DNA from: Candidatus Gottesmanbacteria bacterium RIFCSPHIGHO2_02_FULL_40_13
GTDB lineage: Bacteria; Patescibacteriota; Microgenomatia; 2-02-FULL-39-11
Length of the DNA: 44,329 bases
NCBI GenBank assembly: GCA_001779235.1
Contig: MFJN01000034.1
Span: 11,202-55,530, forward strand
Reading direction: 5' to 3'
This document shows, piece by piece, positions 1 through 9,900 of the stretch. The position numbers were made by a program, and so were the translations under genes. The notes under the pieces were generated by a model, which saw only the letters and a program-made list of their open reading frames with translations, did no database searches and was not told the DNA's origin. The first letter of the stretch is position 1; every line of letters starts with the position of its first letter.

Positions 1-123
1 CCGATCAACCCCAAATATGTTTATGTCCAGTATACGGTCAGCCAGGCAGGAGAAGGCACAGGCCCCAAGGATACTTCATCCCTGGACTACCAGACAACCA
101 TATCTTTGAGGAATTACCAGTGA
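1..123 (+). CDS. 3' end of a probable minor pilin (PilW/PulJ-like), truncated by the window start
   Basis: Frame 1 reads PINPKYVYVQYTVSQAGEGTGPKDTSSLDYQTTISLRNYQ*. The terminal T-x-x-x-LRN motif is typical of PilW/PulJ-type pilins, and pilX/M/N/O-like genes lie downstream on the same strand. Confidence 0.6.
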   Translation, partial: PINPKYVYVQYTVSQAGEGTGPKDTSSLDYQTTISLRNYQ

Positions 124-133
124 ATATTCTAAT

Positions 134-162
134 TTGATTTAATAGTCAAAGTATAATATACT
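134..162 (+). promoter_or_regulatory. sigma70-type promoter of the SecA-like gene
   Basis: TTGATT-N17-TATACT, 8 nt upstream of the ATG at 171. Confidence 0.5.
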
Positions 163-170
163 ATAGGCTT

Positions 171-3100
171 ATGCCTATAGAAACTGATGCAAGTTTTGGG
201 TTAAAGTCACTGGAAAACCGTGAGCGGAGATCTGAATTGGCAGATGCTATTTTAGCTGAGAAAGACCGCCTTTTAAAAATAGCAGGGCTAAATCAAAATT
301 ATCTGAATGAAGTTCAAAATATCGGGGAACAATACTCATTTTCAGACCCTCAAAAAATTTTAAACGCTGCAAATGAATTAGTTTCTGCTGTTAAAGCCTA
401 TGCGACGATTCACAATCCGAATAATTCCGAAAAGTATTTAGTCGGATTAAATGCAGCAGTTGTTGCCCTGGCTGAGATTCGGATCCTGGGTCCTGAAACC
501 CTATACAAATCTCAGCGGCAACAGCAAGCAGGAGAAGTTAGAAGGGTAGGAATCCAGAAAGAACAGGTGGAAGCCGCATTGGCAATCGAATCCATGGACT
601 CAGCGAAAGTACCAAGTTCGCAGGGTAAAAGCAATACCGCTATACCCATTGCCTCCGTCGTGCGGGCATTATTTACAGGAGAACAGGTTCATATCATGGT
701 GCGGGATCCTCAAGCAAAAAAAAGAGATTCGCAAAATATGAAGCTTCTGACAGAATCTTTAGGTATGAATTTGGGTGTCATAGAGCGGGGTGGAAATCAG
801 GACGAAAAATTATTAAAAAAACAAATTTCTGACCTGATTTTCATCCGGGATATTATCGATTATGCTTCCGGCATATCAGATCATCGAAAAAAGAAATTTA
901 AGGAATTTATCGCAGGACAAATTGACGACTCCGTAAAAAAGTTACATTTTCCCATGATTATTGAGGACGATAAATCACCGGTTGAGAAGGCAGATTCATC
1001 AAAACCGGCAGATATTATTATCGGTGATGACAAAGATTTTGTATTTTCATCAATGACAAGAGATAAAAGATTTATCCGGGAGAAAAGTAATGCAAGTATT
1101 ATTTGTGATGAAGGTGACCTTCCCTGGACTAAAGGCAGCCCCTATGAACTGGAAAATAGAGGCCTGTCTACACTTTCATCATATCTTCCGGAGTGGATTA
1201 CAAACAGCGTTGTTGACGAGGTCTGCCGGGAAATGCAGGATCAGGGGCAAATAATATTAAATAATCACAACGAGTTGGAGTTTGTAGACAGCCGGGGAGA
1301 GGAAACCCATGACATTTACGAGAGACGGTTAAGAAAAAGGCTTGGAGAGGTGACTAAATATGGAAATTTATCCCCGTCCAGCTTAAATGCACTAATAAGC
1401 AGTATAACAACAGAGTACTCCCGTATCATACAAAAGTTAGACGGTATCCCCTTTCCAAATGAGTTCAGGCTAAAGCCCGATAACCTTTTTAAGGATTCTG
1501 CGATGCGAAAACTGGTCAGAAATTTTGCGTATCAGGATGTATCAGCACCTTCAGCCATGCCTGAAGACACTAGTCTGGAGTCTCAAGACCCAATTGCTTT
1601 TTATGATTATGCGTGGTTCACCGCACAGAAGCTTACGCCCGGTATAAACTATTCCCGGTCTGATCAGGAAGTAGTCCTTATCGATCCGGAGACGGGACAT
1701 CCATTGCCCACCCATCAGTATTCCGGTTTGGTCGATATGGCGGTAGATGTGAAGGAAGGCGTATGCAGTTTTAGAGCCAGAAGCGACGAAGTTCTTGATA
1801 GAACAGATTTTCAGATGTTCCTTCAAACCAATTACGGTAAAGGGCACATATCCCTTGTTTCAGCAACACTCGACCATATAAGAGGTGAAGTAGAGGAATT
1901 TACAGGCGGAAAAGTGGCGGAAATCGGTTATTGGATTGGCCGGGAAATGCCGGTTTCTCAAATTGAAATTTCCGGGGATTTTGAAAAAGCTAAAAATAGA
2001 CTTCTCGTATTAGTTCAGGAAGCATCAACATCAGGCAGGCCTGTGGAAATTGTCTGTGACGATGATGAGGAGCTGGGAATTTTAAAACAAATTTTTGATG
2101 AATGGCTTAAAGATAATCCCGAATACCAAGTAAATATGGTTACTTCCAAAAGCAGTTTGGAGTCTGAAGATGAAATATTCGCTCACGCAGGACAATTAAA
2201 CACGATCACTCTTACCAATCCCAGAGGTGGAAGAATGGTGGATATCAAAACATCCCGAGAAACTAACGACGCAGGCGGATTACTGCTGGTTGTCTGGGGA
2301 GCCCTGAAAAATAAGGCGGTTTTACAGCAGGTATTAGCCAGGACAGCCCGAACCGGATCTCCGGGAGAAACACGCTGGATGGTTTATAAACATGGTGGAA
2401 AAGCTGCTCTGGAAAATAATCCCATCGTGAAAAGATATAGGAAACATTTAGATGCATTACAAACACTGCAGGATGGTCAGATGCTTGATTATGATTACAG
2501 CCTGCTGGAGAGTGTTCATGAGCGGAACAATCAGGACGACCGGTCCTTGAGGCTTTTAACCTATGCTTATGACGAAATGAGACAAGCTTTGTATACTGAT
2601 GCCCGTAAAAGCCTGAGGCAGGATATCGGAAGACTTGTGACCCAGGGATATATTGAGGAGTATATTCAGATGAGATGGCACGAGGTAATTGATTTTATAG
2701 CAGACTATTATATCTCACAAGTATCACGGTACAGGATGGATACTCTCGGAGATCTATCTGTAGCCAGAGGAACGGTATTAAGTGATACATATTTCAGAAA
2801 AATGCTGGATAAATATGCCAATACCTTATTAGTTGATTCACATAATTATTATATAAGAGATCCTAAAAGCGGTAAATTACGACCGGGATTTTTAAAACAT
2901 AAAATGCGTCTGGCTCCGGATATAGATACTTATTTACAATTTAAAGAAGAAGAAGAATATAGAAGTATGCTGCAAACGCACCATTTGGGCTTTTTGCCTC
3001 CTGTAAATCTTTTGGAACCCTTACGGGCCGGTTTATATTTCCCCCAAAGTCCGAATAAACTATATATCCTGACAAGATCAATAAATCTTTCTGTTGGCAG

Positions 3101-3305
3101 TCGGGCTAAAACAAGTCCTCACACCAGATACAGTCTGAGAGTTATGTCTTTTGATGACGAAGACCGGTTTGACGGAGACAAGGTGATCACTGTTGCGGAG
3201 AAAGACATCGAAGAATTGTTAAGTCAGGTTTTTTATACACAAAACATAATAAAACAAAAAGCCCTATTTCATGAACTTAGGGAGGCTCACCTGCTGCCTG
3301 CTTGA
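171..3305 (+). CDS. Highly divergent SecA-family DEAD-motor ATPase (SecA paralog)
   Basis: Collinear SecA-like motifs: SSQGKS (Walker A, cf. TGEGKT), VHIM..RD, IICDEGD (cf. IVDEVD), VVLIDPETG...AVDVKEG (cf. IVDEFTGR...AIEAKEG), GRPV, HAG..TITLTNPRGGRMVDI (cf. ATNMAGRGTDI), GGL...QVLARTARTGSPG (cf. QLRGRSGRQGDPG). No C-terminal Zn finger. Confidence 0.8.
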   Translation: MPIETDASFGLKSLENRERRSELADAILAEKDRLLKIAGLNQNYLNEVQNIGEQYSFSDPQKILNAANELVSAVKAYATIHNPNNSEKYLVGLNAAVVALAEIRILGPETLYKSQRQQQAGEVRRVGIQKEQVEAALAIESMDSAKVPSSQGKSNTAIPIASVVRALFTGEQVHIMVRDPQAKKRDSQNMKLLTESLGMNLGVIERGGNQDEKLLKKQISDLIFIRDIIDYASGISDHRKKKFKEFIAGQIDDSVKKLHFPMIIEDDKSPVEKADSSKPADIIIGDDKDFVFSSMTRDKRFIREKSNASIICDEGDLPWTKGSPYELENRGLSTLSSYLPEWITNSVVDEVCREMQDQGQIILNNHNELEFVDSRGEETHDIYERRLRKRLGEVTKYGNLSPSSLNALISSITTEYSRIIQKLDGIPFPNEFRLKPDNLFKDSAMRKLVRNFAYQDVSAPSAMPEDTSLESQDPIAFYDYAWFTAQKLTPGINYSRSDQEVVLIDPETGHPLPTHQYSGLVDMAVDVKEGVCSFRARSDEVLDRTDFQMFLQTNYGKGHISLVSATLDHIRGEVEEFTGGKVAEIGYWIGREMPVSQIEISGDFEKAKNRLLVLVQEASTSGRPVEIVCDDDEELGILKQIFDEWLKDNPEYQVNMVTSKSSLESEDEIFAHAGQLNTITLTNPRGGRMVDIKTSRETNDAGGLLLVVWGALKNKAVLQQVLARTARTGSPGETRWMVYKHGGKAALENNPIVKRYRKHLDALQTLQDGQMLDYDYSLLESVHERNNQDDRSLRLLTYAYDEMRQALYTDARKSLRQDIGRLVTQGYIEEYIQMRWHEVIDFIADYYISQVSRYRMDTLGDLSVARGTVLSDTYFRKMLDKYANTLLVDSHNYYIRDPKSGKLRPGFLKHKMRLAPDIDTYLQFKEEEEYRSMLQTHHLGFLPPVNLLEPLRAGLYFPQSPNKLYILTRSINLSVGSRAKTSPHTRYSLRVMSFDDEDRFDGDKVITVAEKDIEELLSQVFYTQNIIKQKALFHELREAHLLPA

Positions 3306-3313
3306 ACTTACGG

Positions 3314-3335
3314 AAAAGGGGACGGTTCTCTTTTT
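3314..3335 (+). terminator. Possible intrinsic terminator after the SecA-like gene
   Basis: AAAAGGGGA-CGGT-TCTCTTTTT hairpin with a T tract, 9 nt after the stop codon. Confidence 0.4.
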
Positions 3336-3337
3336 AT

Positions 3338-3354
3338 ACGAGGTGCAACCTCGT
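3338..3354. repeat. REP-like palindrome
   Basis: ACGAGGT-GCA-ACCTCGT, followed by a partial second copy (AACCTCGTT). Confidence 0.45.
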
Positions 3355-3557
3355 TAAAAACCTCGTTTAAAAAAGCCAGAGAGCTAAAGGAAGCGATTGA
3401 GATGTTGATAAAACCTTACCGGTCTTGACAAAACTATAGGCGATGTTACGACATTAAAATGATGTCAAATCTATCAAGGGTAAACCCTAAAAGCGGATGT
3501 TTCTATATTGCAATAATAGGAAGTTATCATTTTGCACTAACAGGGGAAGACTCAGTC

Positions 3558-3586
3558 TTTACGTAAGACCTATAGCATGATATAAT
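3558..3586 (+). promoter_or_regulatory. Extended -10 sigma70 promoter, leaderless geometry
   Basis: TTTACG-N17-TATAAT with TGn before the -10; ATG 6 nt downstream. Confidence 0.55.
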
Positions 3587-3592
3587 AAATCA

Positions 3593-6187
3593 ATGGTAGC
3601 AATTAATGCTATTGAAAACGGTACTACTGCACCAGGGTCTATAATAACAGATATTGCACGTAGTCCTATTGTTGGTTTGGAGGCCTCACATTCTGCTCCA
3701 AATCTAGTAGTTAATTCACACGCATACAATAGAGGAGACGGGTTAAATTCTCCTTTAAACCCCCAGGGAATTGTATTTGAAGGCTTTCAAACCCCGTATC
3801 AAGAAATGAGAAATGCCGCATCCGAAGTCTTACGGGATATGGGTATCAAACATAAAATAGAAAGAGAAGAAATGCTTCGAAGTTTTGATAGATTGCGCGA
3901 GGGAGACGAGAAAGCTGTTGAGGATTTTCAGGCAACGCTTAGCGATTTTCAGGACGGGGTTGTGGATCCGATACTAAAGGGATTGCACGAGGCCGTCAAA
4001 TTTGTAGATGAACAGGCTTTAAATATATTGACTGGGACAGAAATAGGTATAGGAGCGGCAATGGCTGGTTATTTAGCGGTAGATTATCTAAGACGAAGAC
4101 ATGATTTTTCTAGAGTTAAACGTGTGCTAAAACATGATGGGAGTAGAACTGGTTCTTTTCTAAAAGCTTTAGGTATATTAGCAGGATTTAGTGGAATTTT
4201 AGCAGGGTGTACGGGTTTGGTATGGGCTACAACAACTCTAACAGCAGAAGCTCCTCCGACTGCCTCATCTACTCTTCCACCTCCGCAGATAAAAGTAACA
4301 CATAATGCGCCACCTTCCGCCCCGCCTTCGGAGACCCCTTCACCCGTCCCTCCGGAAGATACGCCAATGCCTGAGACAGTAAACGAAGCATCGTATAACG
4401 CTCATGCTCTTTTGGATACCATCCCTGAAGAAAATCATATAGGAAACATTATTTCTAAAGAAAGTATGTCTAGACTTGCAGATGGAAGGGATACACTTAC
4501 CGGCTGGTCTCAAGATGCAGCAAAAGCAAAACTGGCAGAAATGCAGAGTGTTTTAGATAATTTAAATCCAGAATTGGTAAAAGATGAAGCAATTTTTGCA
4601 AAAACTGTATATCTAGTATTGTCAAAAGATGGTAAATATAATTTTATAATTCTGGTAAACGATACAGTTCCAGAGGGAACTATTGCGGGAGATACGTTGT
4701 GGCATTCAGCAACCATGGATGATACTGGTAAAGTAATATTTAGTTTCCAACCAAATGCCAACATGGGTCTTGGTGTTAATAGATTTGGTAATTGGGTTGG
4801 GCCCGGGGGGATAGATGGTAAGGAAACATTTCTTAAGGCAGTTGATCTGACTCCTGTGGGAGGCATCCAAGGACTGCTTGATGGCCGCGGAAGGATTGTT
4901 TTCGATGGTAACGGAATCGCCTATATTGTGGCGCTAAATAAAGATGGACAGGTAACGCAGGTATTTGATGCAGCATCAGGCAGCTGGCTGCCGTCAGAGA
5001 TAGTATTTGTCCCTGAGCCGGTGGCAACTCTCACCAATGAGCAGATTGTTTCCATGGATGATGGGCAAATATTACAGCAAGCGCCACAATTAAATTCAAC
5101 GGAATATCAATTTGATACAGAATTTCCTCTGGTTGCGGATGAGGTGATAAGAGGCGGTGAAGGGGCAAATTACGTGGTTTATAAAGATGAAACAGGCAAT
5201 TACCACCTGGTCTGGAATATAGAGACAGGTGAGGTAAATCACGCGATTTATGCCCCAGCCTATGAAGGTGAAATTGGAGGGGAAGTCCATAAGGGAATAC
5301 CGCTTCTGGTGCTTACAGACAATTCAGTTCTTAAGCCGGAAAACGGCGGGGGCTGGTTTGGTTTAAATCCCGATTACACAGACGCGCAAGCCCGCATAGC
5401 CGAAGCATTTCAGATAGCCTTGGGCATGAGGTATTGGGATTCTAAAATAAAACCGGCCGATAATTTCCCATTTAGCCACGGATTACCGGATTTCAAAGAC
5501 GTCCCCGGTTATGAGACTTTAAAGCAGGAATTAGAGAGATATTTTTCTCCTCCAAATCATGCACCTATACCGCATGAAACTCCAAAATATTTGAGAGTCA
5601 AAATTGCAAATTATTTGAGAGATAAATTTTTGCTGGATTTAAAAACAGCCAAAGAAGAAGGTATGCCTTTTCTAGTCCGCATGAAGGATAAGGGCAGAAC
5701 ATACGCGGATCTGGCAGGTATAAATACCTTTATCATTGATTTTACCGACAGCGGGAAGATGACCTTTCTAGGCGATAACCAGAGAAGGTCTGAAAGTTTG
5801 CTTGCTTATAACAAAATAAGCTACTATTTTATTAGTGCACTAACAGCACCTGGCAGTTTCAGATTAACAGTTGATAATTGGAAATATGACTATAATACCA
5901 ACAGATGGTTTGGCGGTGAGTTTTTAGCTTTACTCAGGTATGCTTTCGCAGGTCAGTATTATGCTGCAGGTGGATATGAACTCGGTCGAAAGTGGGTTCA
6001 AGAATCAAGCAGTGATTTTACACATCAAATCGCAGCCGAAATGCTCTCGGATAAGGTCGTTGCAGATAATCCTGAATTAGCGGAAATATTAGATGATTAT
6101 GCCTTAAGTTACCCGTTTTTATGGTGGGTAGGATACCCGCCTGACTGGTTTACCAACAGCTCGGCAGTACAATTTGTGAAGCCGTAA
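3593..6187 (+). CDS. Hypothetical membrane/surface protein with an internal lipobox-like LAGC and a Pro/Thr/Ser linker
   Basis: 864-aa ORF with two hydrophobic segments, LAGC at Cys206 and a Pro-rich linker. No family recognised. Confidence 0.75.
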   Translation: MVAINAIENGTTAPGSIITDIARSPIVGLEASHSAPNLVVNSHAYNRGDGLNSPLNPQGIVFEGFQTPYQEMRNAASEVLRDMGIKHKIEREEMLRSFDRLREGDEKAVEDFQATLSDFQDGVVDPILKGLHEAVKFVDEQALNILTGTEIGIGAAMAGYLAVDYLRRRHDFSRVKRVLKHDGSRTGSFLKALGILAGFSGILAGCTGLVWATTTLTAEAPPTASSTLPPPQIKVTHNAPPSAPPSETPSPVPPEDTPMPETVNEASYNAHALLDTIPEENHIGNIISKESMSRLADGRDTLTGWSQDAAKAKLAEMQSVLDNLNPELVKDEAIFAKTVYLVLSKDGKYNFIILVNDTVPEGTIAGDTLWHSATMDDTGKVIFSFQPNANMGLGVNRFGNWVGPGGIDGKETFLKAVDLTPVGGIQGLLDGRGRIVFDGNGIAYIVALNKDGQVTQVFDAASGSWLPSEIVFVPEPVATLTNEQIVSMDDGQILQQAPQLNSTEYQFDTEFPLVADEVIRGGEGANYVVYKDETGNYHLVWNIETGEVNHAIYAPAYEGEIGGEVHKGIPLLVLTDNSVLKPENGGGWFGLNPDYTDAQARIAEAFQIALGMRYWDSKIKPADNFPFSHGLPDFKDVPGYETLKQELERYFSPPNHAPIPHETPKYLRVKIANYLRDKFLLDLKTAKEEGMPFLVRMKDKGRTYADLAGINTFIIDFTDSGKMTFLGDNQRRSESLLAYNKISYYFISALTAPGSFRLTVDNWKYDYNTNRWFGGEFLALLRYAFAGQYYAAGGYELGRKWVQESSSDFTHQIAAEMLSDKVVADNPELAEILDDYALSYPFLWWVGYPPDWFTNSSAVQFVKP

Positions 6188-6253
6188 TCGTAAACAAGCT
6201 GGAAAAAGATCCCCCGAATTTAGCCCAAAAAATACTGTAACAGTCTAGCCTCA

Positions 6254-6338
6254 AGAAGTATTGTCATCGCGAGGGATGTACCGGAGAAGTATTGTCATCG
6301 CGAGGGATGTACCGGACGGTACGTCCTGTGGCGATCCC
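6254..6338. repeat. 31-bp tandem duplication within a GTCAT-family palindromic repeat
   Basis: AGAAGTATTGTCATCGCGAGGGATGTACCGG x2 (6254-6284 and 6285-6315), then ...GTGGCGATCCC. Confidence 0.8.
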
Positions 6339-6394
6339 GTTGGATTTTACTCCTTCATCTTGACCTCACCTTTAAAATATGGTTTCATAGTAAT

Positions 6395-6922
6395 ATGAGA
6401 CGAAAATCGGCAATAATCTTTGCCTTCATGCTTCTGGTCACCTCAATACTTGCGTATTTTTATTTTAGGGGAACCTGGTCGAACTGTACTATATCAGTGA
6501 AGTCGGATAAAAATGCACCATATGTAAAGATTGCAGACCGGGATAAATGGCTGGATTTTATAGGCAAATTGGCAGAGTGCCAGGACGGATTTTATCAGGC
6601 ATACAGTGAAAAAGAGCACCTGTTTATTCCGGTCAGGCGTGTAGAGTTTGCGATAGTAAAAGATAGCCAGACAGTGACTTTGAAAGATGCTAGCGGAGCG
6701 CTGTACAGCCGGACTATCGCCATCGACAGGGCGAAAAAACAGGCTGTGGTTTACATCAATATACCTGCGTCTGACCTGGAAAAGTTTAAAAAATATCTGC
6801 ATACAGCCGTATTTCTGAATGCTTACCTGTTATTTCGGGGAAATCCCTATAATACCTACGAGCCTGCGTTAGCGCCATATAAGGATCTGGATGCGCTCGG
6901 CATCTCATATGAAAAGCCGTAA
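6395..6922 (+). CDS. Hypothetical protein with N-terminal membrane anchor
   Basis: 175-aa ORF with a basic N-terminus and hydrophobic helix; overlaps the start of the next gene. Confidence 0.75.
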   Translation: MRRKSAIIFAFMLLVTSILAYFYFRGTWSNCTISVKSDKNAPYVKIADRDKWLDFIGKLAECQDGFYQAYSEKEHLFIPVRRVEFAIVKDSQTVTLKDASGALYSRTIAIDRAKKQAVVYINIPASDLEKFKKYLHTAVFLNAYLLFRGNPYNTYEPALAPYKDLDALGISYEKP

Positions 6923-9900
6923 ACCGATACAGGTTTTATTGTTAATTTCAATTTTTATCAGTCTGGGTTTGATTTTTTTGCTAAATCCGCCAAAAACTTC
7001 TGCTCAATCCTGCGGAGGGTATTGGAACTGCTGTATTGGGGGGCTTTGCTGCGATCCGCCTCAATGTACAAGTTATACATGCCATAGTGATTTTCAAGAC
7101 TCCTGTTCAGGAACCACTCAATCCGCATGCGAAGATACCGGTAGCAACAGCTACCCTGACTGTTCTGAGAACGGATACAGTCGATGCGATAATGACCCTA
7201 GCTACGAGCCTGGCGGAGGGCCTGGGTGTACGTGGGATCCTGGTGGGGGTGGTGGCGCTACGAATACTCCAGCAGGCGCCTGGTGTACCGGCGGACATGA
7301 AGATTGTGTTGGCGGAGATCCTGGTGATTCTTGCGGGAACGGCGGCACCTGTCAGGACAATAACAGCGATCACAATTGCGGTTGTGCCGGTGAAACCGTC
7401 CCTACTGATACTCCCACCCCAACACCTACACCTATCTGCCCCTCTATTGGTTCTGTCTCTCCTTCTTCTATTACCAGTGGTACCACTGTTGATATTGCAG
7501 TTACTTACACCGATTTATCAGGCGGGTCAAATATAGATCGGGGTTACCTTGGTTTTAACGGCTGTACCCTGGACCCGGGGGAAGCCTACAACAGCAATTT
7601 TGAGCGGGAACTTGCTAATTATATGGGTATGTTCTATGCTGCCTCAGCAAACTGGGGTGGGGTGGGAACCAATGGAACTGGAGGAGCCTGTTCGCTAGGC
7701 AGCTATGGTGATGACCCCTGGGGATATTTCGGCGGAACAACTATTGGATTTGATAACGCAAATAGCAATTTAACTGTCAATACTGTTTCTACATCAGTTT
7801 CCGGTAATAATCGCACATTCACCTGGAATGTAACTTTGCAAAATAATTTTCCCGCAGGTTCTTATAGTTATTATGGTATGGTTCGGGATGCAGATAATAA
7901 CTACCAAGGTTGCGGTGGAGCCAGATGGACGAAACTTAACTCTCTTCAGGTTATTACTCCCACTCCTACCATTACCCCCACTCGTACACCTACCCCCACC
8001 CGTACCCCTACTCCAACCATTACTCTCACCCCTACTCCAACCATTACTCTCACCCCCACCCGTACGCCTACTCCTTATGTGAATGCTTACTTCAGAAATT
8101 CTGCGGGTTTAACTGTCACTGCCAATGCAGGAGCATATTTCTGGAATGGGGGAAATCGTGTAGATCCCCAATTTAACATATCCGAATATCTTCATCACGC
8201 GAACTATTCTTGGCATACAGAAAAAGGTGTTGGTGTGGATCCGGCAGGAAGTGATATAGTAATTGGTATTACTCCGTCACCTTTAACAGGTACATTGTCC
8301 AATTATACTAATGGAAGTGAATATTGGTGGAGATATCTGTGGCCGTCCTGGAATACCGCAGAACATTCTATTACCTTTATCATTGCATCCCCAACTCCTA
8401 CTCCTACCCCCACCCGTACCCCTACTCCAACCATTACTCCCACCCCTACTCCAACCATTACTCTAACCCCTACAGTTACTCCAACCGTTACTCCCACTCC
8501 CACCCTGACCCCGACCCCGACTTTTTATAATCTTTACGGCTGGATTTATACGGAAACAAACAACGCGGTCGTCAGAAGTGAGGAAGCTTCGGAAGGATTG
8601 CTTCCCGGTTATACCGTGGATCTGACAGGCGACGAAGAGCGTACAACTATCTCACAAGGCTCACCGATTGCCGGATTTCTGGCTAATTACATCTTTACTC
8701 CTCTTTATAATGGTACTTATGAGGTTCAGATGCCTATAACTCCAACCGATTCAGTGCTTTTCCCGAGATATACAAATCCTAAAATAGCGATTATAGCCGG
8801 TGGAGATGTTATTGCTGACTTTCCTTTTATCACGATTACGCCATACCTGAGTCCTACCTCCACGCCTACCGCCACGCCTACTTCTACTCCGCCTCCAATC
8901 ACCCCTACTCCTACTTCTTTATGGTCACCGACCCCGACTGTCGGGTCCGGAACCCCTACTCCTACTTCATATCCATGCCAGACACTGCCTACACCTATTC
9001 TGAACGCACCTTCGCATCTTTTATGTACCAATATCAAACCGGCTTTTTCAGCCTATGTATCAAATCCCAATAACGATAATGTCTGGGCACATTTCTACAG
9101 CAATTATTATGAAACATTCAGCAGAACAGGATCGGTAGTAAGCCCCTCCGGAGGAAATAGTATCTGGACGCCGGACGGATCTGTGCTGAACACTACCGGA
9201 GGCTACTGGTGGACGGCTTATACGGAAAGTTCTTCCTGTCCGCGCTCATTTGATGCCCCCGCCAACCTGCTGAATATGGATTATACTCCTCCGCCCAAGC
9301 CCCAGGCTCCCGTCTGTACTATTACTGACCCGAATTTATATTCCGGCCTATGCGCATTGCATTGTGAATGGGAGGCTGATCCGGAGCCGGTTCCTCCTAC
9401 ACCGACTCCTCCTTCCTGCAGTGATACCGGTGATTATCACCCTATTTTCAGATCTTACGGAGGTCCGGGAGTTGTAGATCCTCCAGGCTGGATCGGAAAT
9501 GTATTATTTGTGGATGTTGAGGCTGAGGCTGGGCAGGAATTGTATGCGAGTGTGGAGGCCAGGGACGGCCTTGGCAACACATCATTGCCTTCAGATGAGG
9601 CCGGCCCGTATACGTGTGAGGAAATCATCTTTCCCGTATCTCCTACTCCCGGCGGACCGACCCTGACCCCCACCGGTAGCCCTCCGCCGACAGCTACTCT
9701 CACACCGTCAATCACGCCTGTCCCGTCTCCGGAAATCTGGTCGCAGGTTTTCGGCGGAGACGTCTATGAACCATCACTTCTGCAAAGTAATCTTCCCTCA
9801 GGAAAATATTATTTAGATGACATATCACTTTTATTCCCTAATAGCGCCGGAGTGCTGTGGTCGGGTTCCGGCGCAGGTGATTTCGGATACGGTACCTCTT

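Noticed and set aside
3370..3428. Short open frame KARELKEAIEMLIKPYRS*, possibly a gene remnant
   Set aside because: No recognisable motif or credible start codon.
6254..6316. Possible CRISPR array
   Set aside because: Only two abutting copies, no spacers, and no cas genes in the window.
7036..9715. Alternative-frame ORFs (7036-7536 and the VGVG/HPYS-repeat ORFs)
   Set aside because: Shadow frames of the low-complexity Cys/Gly and Pro-Thr coding sequence.
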